In this document: in pieces, positions 20,428-29,365 of the stretch | Layout: each line of letters begins with the position of its first letter | Numbering within the stretch: the stretch's first letter is position 1 | Assembly (NCBI GenBank): GCA_964349125.1 | Contig: CAYGFH010000001.1 | Coordinates: forward strand, 772,801-836,800 | DNA: 64,000 bases | Reading direction: 5' to 3' | DNA from: an uncultured Gammaproteobacteria bacterium | GTDB taxonomy: Bacteria; Patescibacteriota; Microgenomatia; UBA10105; UBA927 | Program-made: the position numbers and the translations under genes | The notes under the pieces: model-generated | What the model saw: only the letters and a program-made list of their open reading frames with translations | Told to the model about the DNA's origin: nothing | Database searches by the model: none

Positions 20428-20955
20428 TTAGGGAGCAGGGCGTAGGGGAGAGGGGGTAGCTGTTCCTGATCCCTCTTTGGATACGATACCAAACTCAACA
20501 AGGTATTTGTCCAACAGATCCAGAAATGGTTTCTCATTCATAGGGCACCCATTTACCTCGTCGTCAACAGTGACAACTTGACGAAGAAATTTTACCCGTT
20601 CAGCCTGTTTGAACCGAAGTAGTAGCGATGCTATTTCCTCTTTGGTGGGTGCATCAAATCTGTTTCTCTGACCACTCGGGAGGGCGCTACATGCGCACGA
20701 GCCAATGGCAACAAGCTTTGTCGCGAGGCTTCGAATCTTTTTTAATTTTTCTTCATGCTCGGCTGACATAATCGCGCCTTCAACAAACGCCACATCCATG
20801 GGTTCCCATTTGTTTGTATTTTGAAGTACTTTGGCGTGAATAAAATCTATATTCCGTTTCCATGACTCCCACCTTGTGTTCATGAGTTCTGTAAATACAA
20901 TTGTAGAGTCTTCACAGCAGGTAAACGTGAACCATCCGACACGAAGTTTTTTCAT
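20428..20955 (-). CDS. [NiFe]-hydrogenase small subunit (short, no Tat signal)
   Basis: FTFTCCEDS and GSCACS Fe-S cluster Cys motifs. 175 aa. No RRxF twin-arginine motif. Confidence 0.8.
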   Translation of the reverse strand: MKKLRVGWFTFTCCEDSTIVFTELMNTRWESWKRNIDFIHAKVLQNTNKWEPMDVAFVEGAIMSAEHEEKLKKIRSLATKLVAIGSCACSALPSGQRNRFDAPTKEEIASLLLRFKQAERVKFLRQVVTVDDEVNGCPMNEKPFLDLLDKYLVEFGIVSKEGSGTATPSPLRPAP

Positions 20956-21037
20956 AGGTACATATTGTTATTCTCGCGAACGCGGTATTCTATTTATAAT
21001 TCTGATCCCAGTCTGGTCAGGGATTTAGAAAAATGCA

Positions 21038-21664
21038 TTATTTCGCATTTGCCACAGCTGCATCAACCTCTCGAGTTAGATCATCAAAGCTTGAAAGGTT
21101 GAGTTTTTTCCCATTTAAAAAGAATGTGGGTGTCGAATTAACACCAAATCGCGTGCCATCCGCCTGATCATTTGCGACGCGGTTTGTTAGGGCACTCGAT
21201 TTCATATCTGCCTCAAATTTTGCGGCATCAAGGGAGAGCTGTTTTGCGAGATCAGTAAATATGGTATCAGAAAATTTTTCCTGACTTGCGAATAATTGCT
21301 CATACATTTCCCAAAATTTCCCTTGTGCTCCTGCAGATTCTGCCGCTTGAGCAGCTTTCCTTGCGAACGGATGTTGGTCAAGAGGGAAGTGACGATACAC
21401 AAATAACATACTGTCTTTATGTTTTGCCAGAATTGCATCGACGGTTGGTTTTACTGCCAGACAGGCGGGGCACTGAAAGTCCGAAAACTCCACAAGTACT
21501 ACGTTCGCAGAAGGGTTGCCCTTTACGTACGAGTCTTTTGACATTACTTCTTCTGATGTGAACGTCGGTGCCGGTTTTGTAAGTACAACAGATGCTATGC
21601 CAATAATAACGACACTGATGGCAATGATCCCAAAAAAAAGTTTGGATTCGTTAGTTAGTTTCAT
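21038..21664 (-). CDS. DsbA-like thiol:disulfide oxidoreductase, membrane-anchored
   Basis: N-terminal TM. CPAC active site (FSDFQCPACL). Confidence 0.75.
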   Translation of the reverse strand: MKLTNESKLFFGIIAISVVIIGIASVVLTKPAPTFTSEEVMSKDSYVKGNPSANVVLVEFSDFQCPACLAVKPTVDAILAKHKDSMLFVYRHFPLDQHPFARKAAQAAESAGAQGKFWEMYEQLFASQEKFSDTIFTDLAKQLSLDAAKFEADMKSSALTNRVANDQADGTRFGVNSTPTFFLNGKKLNLSSFDDLTREVDAAVANAK

Positions 21665-21696
21665 AGGAATACAAAGAGTGATTTATACTTCACTCA

Positions 21697-22173
21697 CTAT
21701 ACGGTATATGGCTTTCTCTGTAAATAACTTTTTACAATCAGACTCCAAATAATACACATATTTAATGCTGAGATAGTGCACCATGTACATATACCGTTGA
21801 TAACGAAAATTTCTGTATAGGTAAACCAGGCAACAAACAAAACGCCAAATGAGGACATGCTCACCATAACGGTAGATACCAATCTTGATGCTTTTTTTGA
21901 AAGACTGATAGTGTTAAGAAAACTACAAACTGCCAACACTGTGTACCCAATTAATCCAACAGCGGGTACCGGGAAGAAACCAAATACGTAGCTTTCCGGA
22001 GCCTTTCGTACAGCTTCGCATCCGCCGGAATTTATACAGTAGATACCTGTCTCTCGTATGAAGCTTTGCGTGACATATACTGCTATGGCAATACCAACAA
22101 GTGACAGGATAAATATTATACGATTGTTGTTTGCAGAGCCTGCTGCCTTCATTAATTCATATCGTACGCTCAT
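21697..22173 (-). CDS. vitamin K epoxide reductase (VKOR) family protein
   Basis: Four-TM protein with GGCEAV loop cysteines and a TWCTIS CxxC-type motif. Paired with the DsbA-like gene. Confidence 0.65.
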   Translation of the reverse strand: MSVRYELMKAAGSANNNRIIFILSLVGIAIAVYVTQSFIRETGIYCINSGGCEAVRKAPESYVFGFFPVPAVGLIGYTVLAVCSFLNTISLSKKASRLVSTVMVSMSSFGVLFVAWFTYTEIFVINGICTWCTISALNMCIIWSLIVKSYLQRKPYTV

Positions 22174-22217
22174 CGAGTTTCAAAAACAGTACGTTGCGAT
22201 ACAACCAAGAAGAAATA

Positions 22218-23234
22218 TTACTGACAACTCTGAGCTGCTGATGACACTGCACTACAATACGAGGCTGTTGTCGGTAGACTACAGCTTGGGTAAGGTCCTC
22301 CCACTGCTGAACAGGAAGTCCCTCTCGTAAGTGTTGTTGAACATGTACATCCAACTGCTCCGCACGCCGCTGATGAAGCAAGGTATCCTGTTACTGTGTT
22401 TGCCGCACAGGTTGTTCCTGAGCAATAATCATTGGTAAGTTGAGTTGAAGAGCAGGAGTAGTCTCTGATCGTTCCACAGGTTGTGTTAGAGCTTGAGCAG
22501 TTATAATCATAGCTTCCATCTCCACGATGAGATGCACTACAGTAGGCGGAAGATGGATATGCATTTGCGTTACTGTCATAACAATCAGTGTACGGGAGCG
22601 AACTTGCCTGACACGTTCCAGTATGTCCTGCTGCAAGACTGAAATATGCATCACCATCAGAGTTAGTACCACAAATTCCGCTCAAACACGTGTTATCTGC
22701 TGAGCAAGCTCCACCGTTTGCTGTTAAACAAGTATTTGTTGCGGAATGTGCACCGGAGTCACAATCAGTAGCAGTGAATGATTTCATCAATGAAAATCTC
22801 CTCTTACCACTTGCTGTAGATGCTGTGGCGGTAAGGGAATCTGCCCAACCATCTGCATCTGAGTCTGTTGCATACAGGGGGCCATTGGGTTTCGTCGCGC
22901 CGCCGGTGTCTATATAAATAAAGCCTCCGGTAAGATTTATCGAACCTGCTGCAAGCGTCCCTCCTGAGTTTACTGTAATATTTGCACCAGGGCCGACTGT
23001 CAGCACTGCAGTGTTTGTCGTCGAAATTTCTAAGTTATTTGCCTGATCAGCTCCGTTTGCTGTATTTTCTGCGATAGTCAGATCGCAATTTGATATTGAC
23101 GCATCTCCAATTGCCGGTATCCCTGTGCATGCCACTGCATACACCGTGCGAGGAGACGATAACACGATACAACCTATGAGCAAAACCACCAGTTGAATCA
23201 TTACTCGTGAAATTCTGACAGACGATTGTTCCAT
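22218..23234 (-). CDS. secreted Cys-rich, Ser/Thr-rich protein (beta-helix-like N-terminus)
   Basis: Signal peptide. About 30 Cys in Gly/Ser/Thr-rich repeats. Confidence 0.55.
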   Translation of the reverse strand: MEQSSVRISRVMIQLVVLLIGCIVLSSPRTVYAVACTGIPAIGDASISNCDLTIAENTANGADQANNLEISTTNTAVLTVGPGANITVNSGGTLAAGSINLTGGFIYIDTGGATKPNGPLYATDSDADGWADSLTATASTASGKRRFSLMKSFTATDCDSGAHSATNTCLTANGGACSADNTCLSGICGTNSDGDAYFSLAAGHTGTCQASSLPYTDCYDSNANAYPSSAYCSASHRGDGSYDYNCSSSNTTCGTIRDYSCSSTQLTNDYCSGTTCAANTVTGYLASSAACGAVGCTCSTTLTRGTSCSAVGGPYPSCSLPTTASYCSAVSSAAQSCQ

Positions 23235-23242
23235 ACTATGGA

Positions 23243-23836
23243 TCAGGATCTAGGCGACACGCGTACAACCGTGTTGCCTTTGGAATTTGTTGCCGAAACA
23301 GTAAGGGTATAGCGATATAAGACAGAGTCTGTTAGTGTGAGCTCGGTGGACCATATTTGAGAATTCCTTTCCATACCATCTTTGGTGAATGTTAACTCTA
23401 TCTGCTTCGAATCAGCGTCCAATGCTCCAACCACTTTTGCATCACCAACGGTATCCATGATCACCGCTGAAAACTTTACTTTTTGGCCTTTTTTTGCATC
23501 AAGGGGATCAAATATCACTCGTTGAATAACCGGACCTGCACTTTTTGGATGCGAAACGGTATAGTCACCTTTTCCGGCATGTAATGGAATAGGTGTGGGT
23601 GAGGGTTGTGCAACCGTGGGTTTCGGCATTTCTGTAATCTCATTTTTCGGTTGTATATTTTTGGAGTTGGGAAATTGCGTCAAATAATATCTGTACCCTA
23701 ACACTCCGATAACCATTGAAAATATGCACATCACTATTGTAAACACGGGTGATGCGGTTGCGGCTACTTGTGTTTGCGTTTCTGCGGATATTGGAGCTTT
23801 TGTTGGTGTTGACTCGACAGGTGTTCTCATAGGCAA
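23243..23836 (-). CDS. membrane-anchored hypothetical protein
   Basis: N-terminal Pro/Thr-rich segment, one TM, then a beta-rich C-terminal domain. Confidence 0.5.
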   Translation of the reverse strand: MPMRTPVESTPTKAPISAETQTQVAATASPVFTIVMCIFSMVIGVLGYRYYLTQFPNSKNIQPKNEITEMPKPTVAQPSPTPIPLHAGKGDYTVSHPKSAGPVIQRVIFDPLDAKKGQKVKFSAVIMDTVGDAKVVGALDADSKQIELTFTKDGMERNSQIWSTELTLTDSVLYRYTLTVSATNSKGNTVVRVSPRS

Positions 23837-24044
23837 TTTATACGGAATTAAAAATTAATACATCACATATACATGCCTCTTTATAATAGAGTACATGTAT
23901 ACTCACTACTAACTATATATATACCTGAGATTGTATTGCAAGCACCTATTTATATAGGATGTTTTGCATATCGCCCGTGTATTTTTATACACGTGTTAGA
24001 TATATTACATAAAAAGAGTAAAAATTGTGTATACTTCACTGTAG

Positions 24045-24695
24045 ATGAACACACAATTGACAATCGATGCGCAACTAGAGAGCTTTTTTGATCGGTTTAC
24101 AAAGCTGCAATATAAAAAAGGGGAAATAATTATTCGAGCTGGTGACCCACCTTCAGGGGCACTGTACCTGAAATCAGGTCTTGTTCGTATGAGTTTCGCG
24201 ACAGACTCGGGGGATATGCTCGTGCTTCATGTGTTCAAAAAAGGAGCAATTTTTCCATTGCCATGGATTATCAATGATGAACCAAATCGATATTATTTCG
24301 AAGCATTGACTCCCACCGAAATTTGGAGGGCTTCACGTGAAGAAGTTCAACAGCTATTCCATGATTCTCCAGCAGTTGAACACGATATGTTGATAAAAAT
24401 GCTAAGAGGGTTGAGTGGGCTCATGAAAAGAATGGAATTTCTAGTGTTTGACAGCGCGTACAAAAAAACTATTTTGTTACTGCTTTACTATATAAAGAAT
24501 TTCAGTGATGAAAATATAAAAGGCAAATTACTTATCCCGCTTACACATCGTGAAATTGCGGCATGGATTGGTACGACGAGGGAAACTGCTAGTCTACAAA
24601 TAGAAACACTCAAAAAAAAGAAATTGATTGAATACCATAGGAGATATATTCTTATACCTGACAGTGCCCTGTTGGAAAAGGAAATGACGCAGTAA
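24045..24695 (+). CDS. Crp/Fnr family transcriptional regulator
   Basis: cNMP-binding-like beta-roll. C-terminal HTH REIAAWIGTTRETASLQIETLKK. Confidence 0.8.
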   Translation: MNTQLTIDAQLESFFDRFTKLQYKKGEIIIRAGDPPSGALYLKSGLVRMSFATDSGDMLVLHVFKKGAIFPLPWIINDEPNRYYFEALTPTEIWRASREEVQQLFHDSPAVEHDMLIKMLRGLSGLMKRMEFLVFDSAYKKTILLLLYYIKNFSDENIKGKLLIPLTHREIAAWIGTTRETASLQIETLKKKKLIEYHRRYILIPDSALLEKEMTQ

Positions 24696-24705
24696 TCTCG
24701 TCAGA

Positions 24706-25083
24706 TTAAGCTGGAAATGTATACAGTTTCTGCGTAAAATGTACAATTTTGTTTGACCGTACGTGTATTCCTTCGAGTTTCAGTAACGATATTTTATGTT
24801 TTATATGAATGCCATGAGTATCCCCAATAAATCCACCTATTGAGCCGTCGGATGCAACAACACGGTGACACGGTATTCTCAAATTTTGATCTGTGCATGT
24901 CATAAATGAACGAGGATTATGTCTCATAAACTGACCAACAGCCCTGTATGCGTTTGTTCCGGCTGCTTTGGCGAGCTCTTTGTACGTTGTGACCATACCT
25001 TCAGGTACACGCTGAAGTAGTGTATATATTTTCAGTTGTAATGGTGTCATTGTCTGGGTAGTCATGCCATTACGGGATGACAT
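24706..25083 (-). CDS. ogt: methylated-DNA-protein-cysteine methyltransferase (DNA-binding domain)
   Basis: Active-site motif IPCHRVV. Confidence 0.75.
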   Translation of the reverse strand: MSSRNGMTTQTMTPLQLKIYTLLQRVPEGMVTTYKELAKAAGTNAYRAVGQFMRHNPRSFMTCTDQNLRIPCHRVVASDGSIGGFIGDTHGIHIKHKISLLKLEGIHVRSNKIVHFTQKLYTFPA

Positions 25084-25187
25084 GAGCGTATCTATGACAG
25101 TATTCTACACCAATATAACAGTGTAACGCACTTTACAAATTGAAGTTACTCTGATACGGTAAATGGTACCTTAAAGGAGGTGTATGT

Positions 25188-25619
25188 ATGAAAAATATGA
25201 TGGTTATTCTTCTGGTAATCGCCGTGCTCGGTGGAGGATATTATGCGCTCAGTGGCAAAAAATCTGACTCAATGGCTCCTGCTACTGATTCTATGATGGA
25301 AAAAGCTCCTGAATCGACCGGTGCGGTGATGCAGGTCGGTGAAGTGAAGGAGTTTGCCGTTGATAGTTTTGAAATGGGCTTTTCACTCAAGACTTTAACC
25401 GTAAAAAAAGGTGATACGGTGAAAATTACGCTAACAAATTCCGGTAAATATACGCATGATTGGGTAGTGGATGAATTCAGTGCCAGAACCAAAGTCATAA
25501 AAAATGGAGAAACCGACAGCATAACATTTGTAGCTGACAAAACCGGCTCATTTGAATACTATTGCAGTGTCATGACGCACCGACAGCAGGGGATGGTTGG
25601 CAAGTTGATAGTCGAATAA
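25188..25619 (+). CDS. cupredoxin-like (type-1 copper) domain protein, membrane-anchored
   Basis: N-terminal TM. His...Cys-x-x-x-x-His...Met ligand pattern (YTHDW, YYCSVMTHRQQGM). Confidence 0.6.
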   Translation: MKNMMVILLVIAVLGGGYYALSGKKSDSMAPATDSMMEKAPESTGAVMQVGEVKEFAVDSFEMGFSLKTLTVKKGDTVKITLTNSGKYTHDWVVDEFSARTKVIKNGETDSITFVADKTGSFEYYCSVMTHRQQGMVGKLIVE

Positions 25620-25658
25620 TACGACTTAGCCAAAACGAACATACAGAAAAACAATAAA

Positions 25659-25687
25659 ACGCTCTCGAAAGAGGGCGTTTTTTTTGC
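25659..25687 (+). terminator. rho-independent terminator after cupredoxin gene
   Basis: CGCTCTC-gaaa-GAGGGCG stem followed by a 9-T tract. Confidence 0.75.
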
Positions 25688-25791
25688 CGTGTGTAGACTA
25701 AATTCTGTCGGGAGAATGCCGGTGTGAAGCATACCGAAGGCAGACCCATTCTCACACATACAATAGTGTTGATGGGTGTAGGAACGGAGTA

Positions 25792-25947
25792 TTAAACAAA
25801 ACGGCGGACAGCCGTATTGGGATCTGCAGAATCAGCTGATGCTGTCGTATCGTTTGCTTCGTCGGTATCCAATGAGATTTCTTCCACGATAAATTTTCGT
25901 TGTTCTGCATCGTAATACATAATGCGTGCTCCATTTGTACGGTTCAT
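25792..25947 (-). CDS. small acidic protein (51 aa) with strong RBS, below ORF-track cutoff
   Basis: AAAGGAGGTG lies 7 nt upstream of the ATG at 25947. TAA at 25792-25794. Confidence 0.35.
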   Translation of the reverse strand: MNRTNGARIMYYDAEQRKFIVEEISLDTDEANDTTASADSADPNTAVRRFV

Positions 25948-25968
25948 ATATTCACCTCCTTTCTGCCC

Positions 25969-25994
25969 AAAAAAAACTCCCTGTTTTGAGGGAG
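25969..25994 (-). terminator. intrinsic terminator-like hairpin plus U8 in the 5' leader of the small ORF (minus strand)
   Basis: CTCCCT-caaaac-AGGGAG then TTTTTTTT on the minus strand, directly 5' of the RBS. Confidence 0.55.
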
Positions 25995-26113
25995 TGTTCG
26001 ATTCGCTCGCGTAGTTTGTTGTTTACGCCGTCGAACAATCCCTCATTCGAAGGGATGTCTGTTTGACGATTGTAATGCAAAAAAATGCGCGCGAATTCAT
26101 AGCTTCTAAAAAG

Positions 26114-26142
26114 AGTATAGTCCGCACTATCGTGTTAGTCAA
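26114..26142 (-). promoter_or_regulatory. minus-strand promoter TTGACT-17-TATACT (divergent from csoR)
   Basis: Reverse-strand TTGACT (26137-26142) and TATACT (26114-26119). Confidence 0.45.
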
Positions 26143-26165
26143 GTGTAATGAACAGAACACACCAC

Positions 26166-26195
26166 TTGACATCTTACCTATACCCATGGTATAGG
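26166..26195 (+). promoter_or_regulatory. csoR promoter (TTGACA, extended -10 TGgTATAGG)
   Basis: TTGACA at 26166-26171, 18-nt spacer, TATAGG at 26190-26195. The ATG lies 8 nt further on, so the transcript is near-leaderless. Confidence 0.5.
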
Positions 26196-26197
26196 TA
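26175..26197 (+). promoter_or_regulatory. putative CsoR operator: perfect 10-bp inverted repeat TACCTATACC-cat-GGTATAGGTA
   Basis: Perfect palindrome overlapping the -10 region. Its TACC...GGTA ends resemble known CsoR boxes. Confidence 0.6.
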
Positions 26198-26202
26198 TAC
26201 GT

Positions 26203-26490
26203 ATGGCAATAAAACAAAATGCATCTCATAAACAATCAACAATAATTAGCTTCAAAAAAGCACGGTCACTGCTGGATACCATTATATCTATGGTGGAGCA
26301 AGACGAATATTGTGTCGGCATTATGCAACAGAATCTTGCGGCCATTGGACTACTTAAATCAGCGCATGAACAGGTGATGAAAGATCATTTGGAAACATGC
26401 TTTGTTGAGGGTGTACAAAAGGGTGGGGCAAAAAAACAAAAAGAACTTATCGAAGAGCTGCAGACATTAATGAAACTATACAATAAATAA
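26203..26490 (+). CDS. csoR: CsoR/RcnR family metal-sensing transcriptional repressor
   Basis: DUF156 fold. Ligand residues Cys (DEYC), His (KDH) and Cys (ETC) are in the expected positions. Confidence 0.8.
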   Translation: MAIKQNASHKQSTIISFKKARSLLDTIISMVEQDEYCVGIMQQNLAAIGLLKSAHEQVMKDHLETCFVEGVQKGGAKKQKELIEELQTLMKLYNK

Positions 26491-26510
26491 ATGGTTACTA
26501 AAGGAGGAAT

Positions 26511-27077
26511 ATGAAACAACATGTCCACATAGTATATGTAGCAGTAGCACTGATAGTTGGGATTGCAATAGGGTTTAGTGTGACGCCGGAGTATGCACAG
26601 ATGAAATCTGAGAAGCAAAGTCCCATGATGAGTATCGGCAGAGCTGATAAATATGTCGATCTCCGGTTTATTGACGGGATGATTGCACATCACCAGGCGG
26701 CTATCTATCTAGCGCAACAGGCGAAAGAACATTCAAAACGATCTGATATTCAGGCGCTTGCAAGTACCATTATCGCCGTTGACACGGAAGGAATTGAAAA
26801 ACTATATACCCTAAAGAAAACATGGTTTGGCAATACAAAAAAAATCTCCCAATTTACGAAAGTTCAGCTGGGATCGGCGGATGACCAGTTTGATCTGCGT
26901 TTTATAAACGCACTGGAAGCGCATCATGAGGAGGCGATAGACGTTGCAAAAGAGATGCAAACGAAGTCAACCAGAAGCGAGGTGCTCACCCTTGCGGGTG
27001 ATGTTATCGCAGGGCTGTCGGCTGGCATTAAAACATTGACGGAGTGGAGAGGAGACTGGTATGGAATCAACAAATAA
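26511..27077 (+). CDS. DUF305 domain protein (CopM-like periplasmic copper-binding)
   Basis: Duplicated DLRFI..MI.HH..AI motifs. N-terminal TM. Confidence 0.75.
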   Translation: MKQHVHIVYVAVALIVGIAIGFSVTPEYAQMKSEKQSPMMSIGRADKYVDLRFIDGMIAHHQAAIYLAQQAKEHSKRSDIQALASTIIAVDTEGIEKLYTLKKTWFGNTKKISQFTKVQLGSADDQFDLRFINALEAHHEEAIDVAKEMQTKSTRSEVLTLAGDVIAGLSAGIKTLTEWRGDWYGINK

Positions 27078-29358
27078 GCAAAGAGTGTTACCTGTTCGCG
27101 GCATGCACTGTGCAAGCTGTGCAAACATCATTACCAAGCGCCTGAAAAAAGTCCAAGGGGTTTCAGATGTGTCAGTAAATTTTGCAACAGAAAAGGCGTC
27201 TGTAACATATGATTCCGAGCACGCATCAGTCGCGTCTTTGAATGAATCTATTGCTCCCCTCGGCTATTCACTGGTAGATGAGACAGTGAAGGAAACGGCT
27301 TCCAAAGGTTCCGGAAATACTACGGTAGACCATGCGCATCACGCACAAACAGACGAAGATATGGATCGTGCATACAATGAAATGCAGCAGACATTACCAT
27401 TCTCTTTACTTGTATTTGCGGCAATGTTATGGGAAATCTCATCGTCAGTATTTCCCGGGGTTCCTCCTGTGCCTGTTCCCATGACGTTTTTTACGTTGAT
27501 ACTGGCAGTTATCTCCTCGGGAATTTTGTTTGGTCCGGGATTTCAATTTATTTCAGCTATCGGCAAGTTTCTTACCTATAAAGTTGCAAACATGGATACG
27601 CTGATCGGAATTGGAACGCTTGTTGCCTACGTGTACTCTATGATTCGTATTGTGTTTCCTCAAACGCTCACCTCGTTGAGATTTGATGAAACGGTGTATT
27701 TTGATGTCGTTGTGGTTGTCATCGGGTTTATTAAATTGGGCAAATATCTGGAAATTCGTTCAAAACGAAGAACCGGTGAAGCACTGAAAAAACTAATGCA
27801 GCTTCAGGCAAAGACCGCCGTTGTAAAGCGGGGCTCCGTTGAGCTGGAGCTTCCCATTGAGCAGGTGAACGTTGGCGATATTGTGTTGGTGAAGCCGGGA
27901 AGCTCAATTCCTCTTGATGGTGATGTAGTGTCCGGGGAATCATCCGTTGACGAATCCATGGTGACAGGAGAGTCGCTTCCAGTGGATGTTTCGAAAGGAT
28001 CGCATGTCATAGGATCGACTATGAATATGCAGGGCGCACTCACTGTCCGAGTCACGCGGGCTGTTGCTGATACCGTGCTTTCCCGTATTATGACTATGGT
28101 ATCCGAGGCGCAGGGGTCTAAAGCTGCCATAGAAAAGATCGTCGACAAGGTATCCGGAGTATTTGTTCCGACAGTGCTAATTGTTGCTGCGTTTTCTGCA
28201 CTCGTATGGATTGTTATCGGTTCGGTGTATATAACGCTATCCCAATCTATTGTATTTGCAATTACCTCTGTAGTGGGGATTCTGGTGATAGCCTGTCCGT
28301 GTGCGTTAGGATTGGCAACACCGACGGCAATTATCGTTGCGGTGGGCCGTGCGGCTGGTTTGGGAATTCTTATAAAAGACGCTGATAGTCTGGAGAAGCT
28401 GCACAGTGTAACTGCTGTTGTGATGGATAAAACGGGCACCATAACGCACGGGAAGCCGGCAATCACAGATATCGTGCCAAACGGGAAAACAGGCGCTCAA
28501 TCGCTCATGCGGATACTCGCGTCACTTGAAGCACTCTCAGAGCATCCGCTTGCCAATGCAATAACAGCATATGCGAAGGAACATATAATTACTATTGCTC
28601 CGGTGAAGTCATTTAAAGCCGTAGGTGGACGGGGTGTGCATGGTGACATTGATGGAATTCGGTATATTGCAGGGAATGCCGCGTATATGAGCGAATCAGG
28701 TGTGATTGGTGCATCCGTCGACAGCAGTGCCTATACCAATCAGGGTAAGACACCACTCTTTGTCGCCAAAGGCAAAACGTTTTTGGGTGTTGTGTATGTC
28801 GCAGACAGCGTGAAGCCCGATGCTGCTTTGTCTGTTTCAACACTCAAAAAGCTTGGTATTGAAGTGATAATGGCAACAGGAGATGAAAAGCGTACCGCAG
28901 AGTATATTGCACAACAGGTCGGCATTTCCAGAGTCGAAGCACATGTGGATCCCCAGAAAAAATTTGATATTGTCAAAGCTCTTCAAAAAGAAGGACATAT
29001 TGTTGCGATGGTTGGGGATGGAATAAATGATGCGCCGGCGATTGCAGCTGCTGACATAGGTATTGCCATGAGTACCGGCACTGACGTGGCGATCAGCACG
29101 GCGAATATTACTCTCTTGCATGGCGACATAGCAAAATTGACCCATGCTATCGCATTGTCGAAAAAAACAATGCAAATTATAAAAGAAAATCTCTTTTGGG
29201 CGTTTATTTACAATATCGTTGGAATTCCGCTTGCAGCAGGTGTGCTCTATCCGTTCACCGGAGTCTTTTTAAGCCCGGCGTTTGCGGGGCTTGCTATGGC
29301 GGGAAGCAGCGTGTCGGTTGTAACAAATTCTCTGAGACTAAAGAAAATTAGGATATAA
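27061..29358 (+). CDS. copA: copper-translocating P1B-type ATPase
   Basis: N-terminal HMA GMHCASC. CPC motif, DKTGT, GDGINDAP. Confidence 0.9.
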   Translation: MESTNKQRVLPVRGMHCASCANIITKRLKKVQGVSDVSVNFATEKASVTYDSEHASVASLNESIAPLGYSLVDETVKETASKGSGNTTVDHAHHAQTDEDMDRAYNEMQQTLPFSLLVFAAMLWEISSSVFPGVPPVPVPMTFFTLILAVISSGILFGPGFQFISAIGKFLTYKVANMDTLIGIGTLVAYVYSMIRIVFPQTLTSLRFDETVYFDVVVVVIGFIKLGKYLEIRSKRRTGEALKKLMQLQAKTAVVKRGSVELELPIEQVNVGDIVLVKPGSSIPLDGDVVSGESSVDESMVTGESLPVDVSKGSHVIGSTMNMQGALTVRVTRAVADTVLSRIMTMVSEAQGSKAAIEKIVDKVSGVFVPTVLIVAAFSALVWIVIGSVYITLSQSIVFAITSVVGILVIACPCALGLATPTAIIVAVGRAAGLGILIKDADSLEKLHSVTAVVMDKTGTITHGKPAITDIVPNGKTGAQSLMRILASLEALSEHPLANAITAYAKEHIITIAPVKSFKAVGGRGVHGDIDGIRYIAGNAAYMSESGVIGASVDSSAYTNQGKTPLFVAKGKTFLGVVYVADSVKPDAALSVSTLKKLGIEVIMATGDEKRTAEYIAQQVGISRVEAHVDPQKKFDIVKALQKEGHIVAMVGDGINDAPAIAAADIGIAMSTGTDVAISTANITLLHGDIAKLTHAIALSKKTMQIIKENLFWAFIYNIVGIPLAAGVLYPFTGVFLSPAFAGLAMAGSSVSVVTNSLRLKKIRI

Positions 29359-29365
29359 TAGATAT

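Noticed and set aside
27731-29175. Antisense ORFs within copA (27804-28466-, 28740-28976-, 28837-29175-)
   Set aside because: copA is unambiguous on the plus strand. The antisense frames have no RBS or motifs.
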